57,535 bases of DNA from Bacteroidales bacterium (GCA_017561765.1 JAFZBM010000123.1:1-57535), one strand, 5' to 3'. Positions 36,640 through 44,887 are shown, counted from the stretch's first letter. Translations and numbers: made by a program. The notes: generated by a model from the sequence alone, not told the origin.

Positions 36640-37332
36640 CTATTGGGCATCGCCCCGATGTTCTGCCTTATAGAGGATGACACCTGCAAGTGGGAATGCC
36701 TCCAGTATTCGCTGAAGGTCTTCAGGCCAATGCTTCTTCAGGTAAAGGAAACAATCTTCGCTGAACGTCAGGCCTTGCGATTTCTGTTTCTCGGAGTACC
36801 GCACGGGGTCTGGGAGCCGGTTCTGCCTGATGTAGGCCAACACCTCATTGTTGCCCCATTTCGACAGTGGATAGACATTCTTTGTCTTTGGCTGAATCGC
36901 CTCCAGAATGTAGTCCTTCCCACGTAGCATTATTCCCCGCGTCATGTTGTCGCTTTGCTTCATCCCGTACAGGCACCAGTCGATGCCGAATTTCAATCGG
37001 CAGTTGTCTGCCACATCTGAAAACTTCATCAGCTTTACAGTTGGGTCAGGCTGGCAGTACAGGCCAGATTTCAAGACGTATGTCAAGCTCCAGTGCGGTA
37101 CCTGGTGGAACACTACGTTAGGATATCGCAATACAGAATAGTTGATGTATTTATCTATATGCTCCATATCAGGAACAAAGTACATAAATACGCAGACCAC
37201 GCGCCGGAAATGGGGCGCTACGAGGTCCAGCAGCGCGATGCTGTCTTTGCCCGCGCTGTAGAAGAGAATGACTGAATCCGTCTTGGAACGGACCCAGTCA
37301 ATCACTTCTCGGGTGTGCTCCCTGTTAGTCAT
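36640..37332 (-). CDS. PAPS-reductase-family (PP-loop) protein
   Basis: LFYSAGKDS PP-loop, GMKQSD, YPLSKW. Confidence 0.8.
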   Translation of the reverse strand: MTNREHTREVIDWVRSKTDSVILFYSAGKDSIALLDLVAPHFRRVVCVFMYFVPDMEHIDKYINYSVLRYPNVVFHQVPHWSLTYVLKSGLYCQPDPTVKLMKFSDVADNCRLKFGIDWCLYGMKQSDNMTRGIMLRGKDYILEAIQPKTKNVYPLSKWGNNEVLAYIRQNRLPDPVRYSEKQKSQGLTFSEDCFLYLKKHWPEDLQRILEAFPLAGVILYKAEHRGDAQ

Positions 37333-37335
37333 AGC

Positions 37336-37461
37336 CTAACCGGTGGAAAGGCCAAGACCTGCGCGAACCTGGCGATACTTCGCCTGACGGGACATGATTC
37401 GCCCGCCGTTGGACAGACGCCCAGTGCTGGGGTCCGTCAACCCTTGTCTGATGAATGGCAT
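37336..37461 (-). CDS. 41-aa basic peptide ending in Gly
   Basis: Hand-translated MPFIRQGLTDPSTGRLSNGGRIMSRQAKYRQVRAGLGLSTG; fills the gap between the ASCH and PAPS genes. Confidence 0.65.
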   Translation of the reverse strand: MPFIRQGLTDPSTGRLSNGGRIMSRQAKYRQVRAGLGLSTG

Positions 37462-37481
37462 AGCGGTACTGTTTTAGTTGG

Positions 37482-37874
37482 TTAAACATTGGATTCTATG
37501 ATGTCGCCCAGCGTGTAATCGATCTGGGCTGCAACATATTTCTTTCCCTTGTACTCGTAGATGGCAGGCTCACCGTCATCATACTTCATTGTGAAGATCT
37601 CGGCGTCAAGGACCCGCACAAGGGCAGAAGCGCGGTCTTTCTGATAGCCGACGTAGAATCGTATGGCATCATAGTGCTTGGGCTTGACACCAACATTCTC
37701 GTCATCCTCGTGGAATTCGTGTCCCTGCGGGAACGCTTCGCCGGTCCTGGTATCGTAGTATTCAACATAGCGCCCGGAGGTAGTCGGACGGATTTCCCGG
37801 GTTTCTTTCGTCTTTTCGCCGGAAAGAATTGCGTCAAACCATTGCTGTTTGATGATCAGATCAAGGATTTCCAT
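37482..37874 (-). CDS. ASCH/PUA-like domain protein (copy 1)
   Basis: LIIKQQWFDAILSGEKTKETR (GxKxxExR motif). Confidence 0.8.
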   Translation of the reverse strand: MEILDLIIKQQWFDAILSGEKTKETREIRPTTSGRYVEYYDTRTGEAFPQGHEFHEDDENVGVKPKHYDAIRFYVGYQKDRASALVRVLDAEIFTMKYDDGEPAIYEYKGKKYVAAQIDYTLGDIIESNV

Positions 37875-37899
37875 TTTTCTGTTTGTTTGAAGTCGTTCG

Positions 37900-37975
37900 T
37901 TGCGGGGACCGGGCTCGAACCGGCGTCTCTGACTAAAGCCACAGTCAGCGAGTTGTCCAACTTCTCCACCCCGCG
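37900..37975 (-). ncRNA. tRNA-like RNA with initiator-tRNA body and aberrant anticodon loop
   Basis: CGCGGGG/CCCCGCA acceptor (C1:A72), GAG/CTC D-stem, CTGAC/GTCAG stem with 10-nt loop, GCCGG-TTCGAGC-CCGGT T-arm. Confidence 0.8.
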
Positions 37976-37990
37976 ATGCGATGGATATTG

Positions 37991-37998
37991 CAAATTTA
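37991..37998 (-). promoter_or_regulatory. -7 promoter element upstream of the tRNA-like RNA
   Basis: Minus-strand TAAATTTG. Confidence 0.55.
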
Positions 37999-38068
37999 GA
38001 CGAAGCCGCACCCCAGTAAAGGGCGCGGCTCTGCCTTTTTCGTGAACAATGGGTAATAATTCACCGAT

Positions 38069-38272
38069 TCAGGATTTTTTAGACAACCATTCGTTGCGCT
38101 TTCGTCTCGCTTCATCGAGCGAGGTGGCTACGCAAGAAAATAGCTCGCCGTCTGTATGCCGGTAGTCGTATTGCACCCGCCGCACCTTCTTACGGCCAAT
38201 CGTCAAATAAAAGGTTTCGTGCTGCTCTTTGCCGCTCGGGCATGTGCTGCACCCGTTTACGTCTGTTTTCAT
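38069..38272 (-). CDS. Small hypothetical protein (DUF3873-like)
   Basis: NGCSTC...VQYDYRHTDGELFSCV pattern. Confidence 0.6.
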   Translation of the reverse strand: MKTDVNGCSTCPSGKEQHETFYLTIGRKKVRRVQYDYRHTDGELFSCVATSLDEARRKRNEWLSKKS

Positions 38273-38283
38273 ATTGCAGTGGG

Positions 38284-38642
38284 TTAATAGGTTTTTACTT
38301 TCTCAAAATGGCCGTTTTCTTTGCGCATGTCGCTGTCTTCAAAGGCCAGTGCGCCAGCCTCGAAGATGGCGCATGGCTTGCGCGTGCCGACACAAATGAT
38401 GCGAAGGGCGCACGCCTTGCAGCGGTCGCGGTCGTCGGTCTCTGTGAGCTGGTAGCAATAACCGCCCATGTAGATCGCATTCTGCCTCTCTTCATCATCG
38501 ATGCTTACACCGAAGCCGTAAAACCCGGACACGTCGAGCGCCGGGGTTGAAAGGATGTCCACGTGGGAGTACATGGCGTACAGGTCGCAGATGACTTGCG
38601 CCAGCTGTTGAGCGTCGCGCAGTATTTCTCAATTCGTTTCAT
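38284..38642 (-). pseudogene. Hypothetical gene with an apparent frameshift near its 5' end
   Basis: ATG at 38642 is out of frame with the ILRDAQQLAQ...MYSHVD frame; shift near 38625-38627. Confidence 0.4.
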
Positions 38643-38648
38643 AGTTTC

Positions 38649-39161
38649 TTACAATTCACAGACCTCTGCATATTTAATAAGTTGCTGAAGGCTGTCGAAG
38701 CCGATCAGGGCACGGCTTGAATCAAGCACCCTGCACCCCGTGTTTGACAGGGCGACAACTTCGTTTTTCTTTGCCCGCATGTGCTCGACTATTGTACGCT
38801 CAACGCCAGTTGCCCGCAAGCCGCCGTCAAGCGCCAGCTCGCCGTAAAATGTATCGCTGCACTCAAATGATACTTGCCCGGTAGCAAGCAGAATACCCAA
38901 CGCAATCGGCAAGTCAAAACCAGCGCAATAGCACTTTTTTTCTTCGACCGGCTCGACCCTGACGACAATCTTTTTGCCTGGTAGCTTGTAGCCCGCAGCC
39001 ATCAATGCAGTAACAACCCGCAAAAGGTTTTCTCTTACCACCTCATCGGGCAGGCCGATAAGGTGAATACCGATACCTTTTTGAACTTCGACGTTTACCG
39101 TTGCGTCATATACTTTGCCGTCTTTCAAATAGGCGGTCTTGACTGTAGAACTACCGTACAT
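38649..39161 (-). CDS. Stand-alone ComM/YifB N-terminal (Lon-like, ChlI) domain
   Basis: LIGLPDEVVRE..RV..AL...GY.LP.KKIVV...GFDLPIALGIL...GELALDG.LR; no AAA+ domain. Confidence 0.8.
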   Translation of the reverse strand: MYGSSTVKTAYLKDGKVYDATVNVEVQKGIGIHLIGLPDEVVRENLLRVVTALMAAGYKLPGKKIVVRVEPVEEKKCYCAGFDLPIALGILLATGQVSFECSDTFYGELALDGGLRATGVERTIVEHMRAKKNEVVALSNTGCRVLDSSRALIGFDSLQQLIKYAEVCEL

Positions 39162-39372
39162 AGCTGTTTGCGTTTTGAGGTTCAACGATATTGGCAGGCT
39201 CAACAAATTTCAGTGTTCTGCCGTACATGGTGAATTGCTTTTCAAATGCTTTCTCTTCTGCTTCTTTCTGGCTTTCTGCTTCGATGTAGTGCGATTCTTC
39301 GCCTACTGAACACCAGTGGCCGCGCCCGCCATTCTCTCTGACCGAAACTTTATACAATGCCCTGTATTTCAT
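39151..39372 (-). CDS. Hypothetical protein
   Basis: 73-aa ORF packed in the operon. Confidence 0.55.
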   Translation of the reverse strand: MKYRALYKVSVRENGGRGHWCSVGEESHYIEAESQKEAEEKAFEKQFTMYGRTLKFVEPANIVEPQNANSYVR

Positions 39373-39384
39373 AACTCTGTTGTA

Positions 39385-39801
39385 TTAGATTATTTGCAAA
39401 CCCATCTTCTTTGCGCTGTCGCGCATCGCTTTTGCCCTGTAGGCCTCGTTTGTTTGCTCGCAAGACCTTTCTATCATGCCATCGAGAACAAAGCCCAGGT
39501 TATCGCAATATACCTCTTTGTTGCTCTTCTTTACAACCCCTTTTAGGCTCACGCAATGGACCTCGTAAACGTCGCGACCTTCATTGTAGCAGATATAGAC
39601 AAAGCCTTTGTGAAGCAGTCCAGAAACGCGAAGCCCCAGAGCTGCCATACCATTGTAAACGGTTGCGAATCTGCGAGAAACGCCCCAAGAAAAGAAAACC
39701 CATTTGTTTTCAACTGTCGCAAACATTTGCGCGTTGATAGTCTTTGCAACCTCATTCACGTAAGAGGCAGAAAGCTCGTTTTGTGCTGTAGTTGTGTTCA
39801 T
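39385..39801 (-). CDS. Hypothetical protein
   Basis: 138-aa ORF, first gene after the leftward promoter. Confidence 0.7.
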   Translation of the reverse strand: MNTTTAQNELSASYVNEVAKTINAQMFATVENKWVFFSWGVSRRFATVYNGMAALGLRVSGLLHKGFVYICYNEGRDVYEVHCVSLKGVVKKSNKEVYCDNLGFVLDGMIERSCEQTNEAYRAKAMRDSAKKMGLQII

Positions 39802-39852
39802 CTTCTTCTTATTTTATATGTTCAACTTTACTTATATCTTCATTTCTTTTTG

Positions 39853-39960
39853 CAAATGTAGGTAAAAATAAATTAACGTGCAAATTTTATTACAGAAAAT
39901 TTTCGATAAAAATAAATTTGCGAGTTAGTATTGCAGATAAAAATAAATTGACTATCTTTG
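39853..39960. promoter_or_regulatory. Divergent promoters with three 12-bp direct repeats
   Basis: TACATTTG (minus, 39853-39860), TATCTTTG (plus, 39953-39960), TAAAAATAAATT at 39863, 39907 and 39938. Confidence 0.65.
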
Positions 39961-39988
39961 CAGCGTATTTGCAAACGTGTAGATATAA

Positions 39989-40276
39989 ATGAATATCACA
40001 GAAACAGTAAAACAGATCTGCAAGGCCCGTGGGCTTGCCTTGGCAGACGTGGCGCAGAAGATAGGCGTTTCTGCTTCTTCTTTGTCGCAGATAATGAAGG
40101 GCAACCCGACGCTATCGAAGCTGACGGCAATCGCCGAAGCACTCGACGTGCCTGTGTCTGAAATCCTTTCCGACGGCGAGGTAAAGTCCAAGGTGAGGTG
40201 TCCCAACTGCGGCCATCTGTTTCCGGTCAGCATCAAGGCCGAAGAAGGAACCGATGAAGATGGAACGCCCCGATAA
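39989..40276 (+). CDS. XRE-family HTH regulator with C-terminal CPxCG
   Basis: LADVAQKIGVSASSLSQIMKGNPTLSKLTAIAEAL. Confidence 0.9.
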   Translation: MNITETVKQICKARGLALADVAQKIGVSASSLSQIMKGNPTLSKLTAIAEALDVPVSEILSDGEVKSKVRCPNCGHLFPVSIKAEEGTDEDGTPR

Positions 40277-40688
40277 GCATAATACGCTTTACCTGCCTAT
40301 CAAGCAGGTCTATTTTGATGCTATCATAGCCGGTACAAAGACTTCTGAGTATCGTGAGATCAAAGAGGGTCTTACGGCCAACAAGTACCTCATCAAAGAT
40401 CCAGAAACCGGCTACCGACTGAACCCGGACGTTGTGACAGACACGACTCGCCGCTACTATGTAGATGATTACGTAAACGGTGGTTTTCCGTTTCTTCCGA
40501 GGCATTATAAATATCTTCAACTGGCCGTAGGCTATGCCAAAGAACGCGATACCGCTCTTGTCGAAGTTGTCGGCTACTCGTTCAGGCCTGAAATGATCCG
40601 GCATGACGGAGACGGCATCCCCAGATTCGCGTTCTGGACAATCGAATACCATCTCGGCCGGGTTGTACGGTTACACAGAAAGAGCTGA
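40254..40688 (+). CDS. ASCH/PUA-like domain protein (copy 2)
   Basis: LPIKQVYFDAIIAGTKTSEYR...VGYAKERD; similar to 37482-37874. Confidence 0.8.
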   Translation: MKMERPDKHNTLYLPIKQVYFDAIIAGTKTSEYREIKEGLTANKYLIKDPETGYRLNPDVVTDTTRRYYVDDYVNGGFPFLPRHYKYLQLAVGYAKERDTALVEVVGYSFRPEMIRHDGDGIPRFAFWTIEYHLGRVVRLHRKS

Positions 40689-40694
40689 GACGAT

Positions 40695-41132
40695 TCAGGC
40701 CTGTTCTTTTGCCGACAGCTTTTCGTCGATTTTCAAAATAGCCGTGTTGCATTCGTTCTGAAAACGCGGGTAGGTGCGATACCAAGCTATGGCCAGCGAA
40801 CGCATTTTATAGATGGCGTGCCCGGCGGTGATTCCGAGAGCTGAAGCTATTGCGCGACGCAAACTCTTGTTGATGCTTCCGCCGATGAGCGATGCGGGCG
40901 AATAAAGGTTCAGAATCAGGAAAACAAACTGCTTGTTGTTGCCCTTCCCGTCGCCTTTGAAGCGGCATTCCCGCGCCGTCTGCTGATACCACTCCCTAAT
41001 CTGTCCGACCATTGAAAGATCGTTCAATTTCGGCCTCAATGTCTCCGCGAATTCCAGATGTGCGGCGATGTTCCTGCTTTCGGCATCTTTCAGTCTATCA
41101 ACCGCAGTAGCATAGTTTTCCAGTACGTCCAT
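40695..41132 (-). CDS. Hypothetical helical protein (possible transcription regulator)
   Basis: 145 aa, last gene of the early operon. Confidence 0.6.
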   Translation of the reverse strand: MDVLENYATAVDRLKDAESRNIAAHLEFAETLRPKLNDLSMVGQIREWYQQTARECRFKGDGKGNNKQFVFLILNLYSPASLIGGSINKSLRRAIASALGITAGHAIYKMRSLAIAWYRTYPRFQNECNTAILKIDEKLSAKEQA

Positions 41133-41133
41133 T

Positions 41134-41658
41134 TCAGTGGGTTTTACGTTTGTTAATTCTCAATGGATGCCCCGCCAGGCGCCAAGCAAGCAAGGCTGCG
41201 TCACGCTCTTCCTGGTTAGTTCTGGAGGCCTTGTAGCCGGTGACGGCCAGAAACTCTTCGTGGGTTATCTTTCCGCTGGGACCACTCCACATATTCACCC
41301 CATCGATACGAAGCGGAAGAGGAGCCATTTCTGCGACGGGGATGCCCCAATGCACAAGCAGCTCGATAAGCTTCTTTCCTGTCTCGTGGTTGGCTCCCAC
41401 GTTCTTGGCTATTTTCTCTCCCCGGCGACCGTAGTAGCCGTGAAAGTTGCTTTTGCTGTTCTTCCAGCCGGCCTCAACGACGGCGCAGATGGTCTTGCCC
41501 TCGAAGCGAGATTTGTCCCGCAAGTAAATGATGCGGTCAACCAGCTCCGGGAAGGTGAGCGTCTGAAGCTCCAGACGGATTTCTTTCGTATCGAGCAGGG
41601 CAACGCCGCTCTTCTCGGTGTCGGGGTCTATTCCTACGATGTAATCAGTCCGATTCAT
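41134..41658 (-). CDS. RuvC-like Holliday junction resolvase
   Basis: IVGIDPD..SGVA, VVEAGW, RDAALLA. Confidence 0.7.
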   Translation of the reverse strand: MNRTDYIVGIDPDTEKSGVALLDTKEIRLELQTLTFPELVDRIIYLRDKSRFEGKTICAVVEAGWKNSKSNFHGYYGRRGEKIAKNVGANHETGKKLIELLVHWGIPVAEMAPLPLRIDGVNMWSGPSGKITHEEFLAVTGYKASRTNQEERDAALLAWRLAGHPLRINKRKTH

Positions 41659-41794
41659 TTTGATTATCCTTTTTTGTGTTGTTTGACAGCATCATAAATG
41701 CCTGGTATTCGATAGTCGGAGAGTGGTACCCCGGCAATTTATCCAGTACCTTAAGTATCTTTTTAACTTTTTTCCAAGCTTTCTTATCTATCAT
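41645..41794 (-). CDS. Hypothetical 49-aa protein
   Basis: Hand-translated MIDKKAWKKVKK...; ATGA overlap with the upstream gene. Confidence 0.4.
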   Translation of the reverse strand: MIDKKAWKKVKKILKVLDKLPGYHSPTIEYQAFMMLSNNTKKDNQNESD

Positions 41795-42366
41795 AGTGCG
41801 TCCTCTATCGGCGCTCCCGTTGCCGCTTTATATTCATCCCTCAACCATTGGTTTTCAGCACGCAGCTGCCGGATGATTTCGTCTTTGTGGTCCTCCTTCC
41901 AGCGGAGGTTTGAATAGTTGTAGTAGAATTTCTCCAGCAGCTTCAGCTCGTCATCGCCCAGCTTCTCCCCGTGGAGTTGCCGGGGACAGCGTGCAATCCG
42001 AACCGTTCCCCAGCTCGTCACCTTCACGATGCCGGCGTAATCCGGAATCAGGTCGGCCACCTTGTCGAGCAAGTCTTCCGGCACGCAGTATGAGAAGTAG
42101 TTTGGGCGCAAGCCGTACCGGCGACCTTCAAGAATGTTGTATTTTTCCGGCTTGTGCTTGCGGTCGGCCTTGAAGTCGGAGCGCGATATCTTCACTTCAA
42201 CCTCATACCAGTAGCCCGCCTTGGTCTTGAGCAGGAAATCACTTTCCCAATCGAAGACAAACAGGTTTGCAATGGCATAGACCGGGTTGCTCATATAGCC
42301 CCAGCGCAGTTTTTTGATGATGTTTTGCTCCGTGAAAACGAAGTCACCTTTGCGGAGTATTCCCAT
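41791..42366 (-). CDS. PD-(D/E)XK nuclease, MmcB-like
   Basis: ESDFL...YEVEVKISRSDFKAD...PNYFSY. Confidence 0.7.
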   Translation of the reverse strand: MGILRKGDFVFTEQNIIKKLRWGYMSNPVYAIANLFVFDWESDFLLKTKAGYWYEVEVKISRSDFKADRKHKPEKYNILEGRRYGLRPNYFSYCVPEDLLDKVADLIPDYAGIVKVTSWGTVRIARCPRQLHGEKLGDDELKLLEKFYYNYSNLRWKEDHKDEIIRQLRAENQWLRDEYKAATGAPIEDAL

Positions 42367-43153
42367 TTCGATTGATATTGAAGATATCGACAGGTTCTTC
42401 CCGTTCCCAACCAAGAAAGTCCGTGAGACTATGCTTGTAATAGGAGCAAACCTTCATTTCCTTGATGCGGTCTGCCATCAGATGAACGGCATTCGGATCG
42501 TAGTAAGACTTCGGAACGCCGCTCTGGAGACCGACCTTGAAGAGGTCGCAGCAGTCAGTTGACATTGCGGCCATCCTTCGCGTCTTCGCCGGCTCTATGA
42601 CCGGCTCCAGCGAAGCAAATGTCCTGAAACCCGCAAAATGCAGCTGCCTCATAGCGCTGATGCGCTCAGCATTGGTGGATGCACCCGGCTCCAGCTCGTC
42701 GCAGCCTGTAAGGGTGAAGCCCCAAGCAACCATATCGCGGGCCTTATCCCCGACAGCCAGGAATAGCTCACCCATCTTGGGATCAAGCGGGAATTGTGCG
42801 TTTTTCGTAAGTACCTGGCACCTAACATTGCGTTTTACGGCTTCGGTAATGCAGGCCCAGTGTAGAAAAGCTGTCTCTCCAATCATCGGGTCGCTGGAGA
42901 AGGTGAAGAACAGACTGGACTTCTGGAGTTCCGGCAGATTCGCCTCCAGTTCTTTGACGAAGACCTTCAGGGCATCTTCAGGGTCTCGGAAGCATTTCTT
43001 GAGAGTTGCGACCGGCCCGCCCATCACGTGCGCCAGAACACCCTTTTTGCAGTAGCAGTAGGAGCAGTTGTTGCTGCACCCCACGAACAGATTGCAGGCC
43101 CATTCTGCGTATTCCCCGGCCTTGCCTTTGGGTTTATAAATTGCTTTGCTCAT
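42344..43153 (-). CDS. Radical SAM protein
   Basis: GCSNNCSYCY (CxxxCxxC), SSDP, LTK, ASLEP. Confidence 0.85.
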   Translation of the reverse strand: MSKAIYKPKGKAGEYAEWACNLFVGCSNNCSYCYCKKGVLAHVMGGPVATLKKCFRDPEDALKVFVKELEANLPELQKSSLFFTFSSDPMIGETAFLHWACITEAVKRNVRCQVLTKNAQFPLDPKMGELFLAVGDKARDMVAWGFTLTGCDELEPGASTNAERISAMRQLHFAGFRTFASLEPVIEPAKTRRMAAMSTDCCDLFKVGLQSGVPKSYYDPNAVHLMADRIKEMKVCSYYKHSLTDFLGWEREEPVDIFNINRNGNTPQR

Positions 43154-43515
43154 TTTAGTTTCATTATTTCGTTTCCAAGAATTACAAGTTTTTCATCGGA
43201 CCTTCTTTCCTCAAGCCCCAACCTTCTATACCAGCGCTCTGGAAAAGTGTTCAACTCTGCGGCCAGTTCCACCTCGCTTGCCCCCATTCTCTCGGCTTCC
43301 GCTATGGCGGCTTTGAGCAGCTCGGTACCATAGCCATTATTGCGGAATAGCCTGTGCACAGACAGTCCAGATATCCAAGCCACCCGGGGAGTTTCGTCCT
43401 CGATGGAAACGGTCACAACCGCACAGCCACTATGGGCGATGATGATTGTTGAGCGACCCCAGTTCCAAGTGTTCCTATGGAAAATGATGTCACTTTTCAT
43501 CGTCATCTTCTCCAT
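43150..43515 (-). CDS. GNAT acetyltransferase
   Basis: LSVHRLFRNNGYGTELL and WYRRLGL. Confidence 0.85.
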   Translation of the reverse strand: MEKMTMKSDIIFHRNTWNWGRSTIIIAHSGCAVVTVSIEDETPRVAWISGLSVHRLFRNNGYGTELLKAAIAEAERMGASEVELAAELNTFPERWYRRLGLEERRSDEKLVILGNEIMKLK

Positions 43516-43834
43516 CTGGATATTCTGGCAACTCTACGGTCTGGCCCGCCAAATGGTGGGTGCAGTCATTCAGGTATTGAATGCGACCATCACGGATGAA
43601 AGAATGGCAGCGCCTGATATTTGGCTCTATCTTCACATCGGCAGGAATGTCGCACGTAACCAAAACGCTTGGATTGATAGTCGGCCTATTAAAATCGCCG
43701 TTGAACTGCCAACGGATATTCCAATATGACTTCGGGCCGACGCTGATGACATGGTCTTTGCCACACGCCGGGCACTTAAACCTGAGCATATCGGAATACT
43801 CCGGGCGGTCAGGGATCGATTTCTTGACTTTCAT
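43490..43834 (-). CDS. Cys/His-rich protein (DUF6527-like)
   Basis: CPACGKDH...WQFNGD...PTINPSVL...CHSFIRDGRIQYLNDCTH. Confidence 0.65.
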   Translation of the reverse strand: MKVKKSIPDRPEYSDMLRFKCPACGKDHVISVGPKSYWNIRWQFNGDFNRPTINPSVLVTCDIPADVKIEPNIRRCHSFIRDGRIQYLNDCTHHLAGQTVELPEYPDGEDDDEK

Positions 43835-44013
43835 TTCTTAATCCTCCTGTATTTTTCAGATGTTTCTTTGGCAACAAATTCCTGTACTGACATATCCTTG
43901 TAACCGTTGGCGAACGGATTGATCTTGTAGCCTCTCTTGGTCCGCTTATCCGGGTGTATCGTCTGGCTTGCGGTGCGGAGGTTGTACTTTACGCCGTGTT
44001 TCTTCCTGCTCAT
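43831..44013 (-). CDS. Hypothetical basic protein
   Basis: Start MSRKKHG, coupled overlaps on both sides. Confidence 0.5.
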   Translation of the reverse strand: MSRKKHGVKYNLRTASQTIHPDKRTKRGYKINPFANGYKDMSVQEFVAKETSEKYRRIKK

Positions 44014-44183
44014 TGCTGTGTGTATTTCGGTCCGTATTGCCGCCCGGCATAGATGCCCAGGCAGAGCCATTCAAACTCCAGCTCGTGAGAGTGGAGATTG
44101 ATGTTGATAGACGGCACGAGGTGCCAGAATTGGAAGTCGATATCAACATTAACCCTGAAAGAAAACCGTTTTGATTCCTTCAT
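44010..44183 (-). CDS. Hypothetical 57-aa protein
   Basis: Hand-translated MKESKRFSFRVNVDIDFQFWHLVPSIN...; ATGA overlaps at both ends. Confidence 0.55.
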   Translation of the reverse strand: MKESKRFSFRVNVDIDFQFWHLVPSININLHSHELEFEWLCLGIYAGRQYGPKYTQQ

Positions 44184-44506
44184 TTGTCAGCCATTTTAAG
44201 TAATTCTTTGTGCGCATTCTGGATTCTTTGAAGACCGGCCAGAAGTCCCGGCTTCGAGGCTTCCATCTTCTGCTTCATTTCAGCCACCTCTTTGTTGCCT
44301 CTCTCGCGCTGTTCTGGGGTCGTATGGTCGTTCAGCCAGCGGTTCCAGTGCTCCTTGCAGCAGAAGAAGTGACCGCCCTCGATACCGAAGAAAAACGGCA
44401 TCTTATAGACATATCCCTTACTTACAGCCTCGGCACCGTCCGCTCCGTCCGGCTTGTCTGTCGAGAACAGTAACAGGCCGCATTCCTCGCAATAGATATC
44501 TTTCAT
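44180..44506 (-). CDS. Hypothetical protein, possibly Zn-binding
   Basis: CEECG...FFCCKEH. Confidence 0.6.
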   Translation of the reverse strand: MKDIYCEECGLLLFSTDKPDGADGAEAVSKGYVYKMPFFFGIEGGHFFCCKEHWNRWLNDHTTPEQRERGNKEVAEMKQKMEASKPGLLAGLQRIQNAHKELLKMADK

Positions 44507-44649
44507 ATCTTTCGATGTACAAAAAACCTTTTGGATAGCTCCTGTTGGCGCTTGTTGAAAGCACGACGCTTGCGCTCTGCGCTGTCATGCAGGAGCTGTA
44601 AGCGCTCACGGGCCGTCATGGGCGGGGTCTCGGTTTCTTTATCCTTCAT
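44503..44649 (-). CDS. Hypothetical 48-aa protein
   Basis: Hand-translated MKDKETETPP...; fills an operon gap. Confidence 0.4.
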   Translation of the reverse strand: MKDKETETPPMTARERLQLLHDSAERKRRAFNKRQQELSKRFFVHRKI

Positions 44650-44884
44650 CGCTCTTCCTCCTGAAAATGCGCCCGAAAAGCTGGGCGAACCAACTGAACA
44701 CGATGGCGGCAGCGAGGATAGGCGCGAGCATGAGAATCAGCATCGTTTCAACCTCCTGCTGTTCCTGCGTCATCGGCTCGTCAGGCTCTTCACCCTTGGC
44801 GACCCAGAGCGTCAGGGCTACGCATCCGGCCCAGAACAGAATCACGGCCAGAAGCCCAATCAATAATTTCAGCTCTCCGTTCAT
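44639..44884 (-). CDS. Small two-TM membrane protein
   Basis: Two hydrophobic helices. Confidence 0.6.
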   Translation of the reverse strand: MNGELKLLIGLLAVILFWAGCVALTLWVAKGEEPDEPMTQEQQEVETMLILMLAPILAAAIVFSWFAQLFGRIFRRKSDEG

Positions 44885-44887
44885 ATT

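Noticed and set aside
37900-37975. Functional tRNA-fMet or other decoding tRNA
   Set aside because: No CAT anticodon and a 10-nt loop; reported as tRNA-like only
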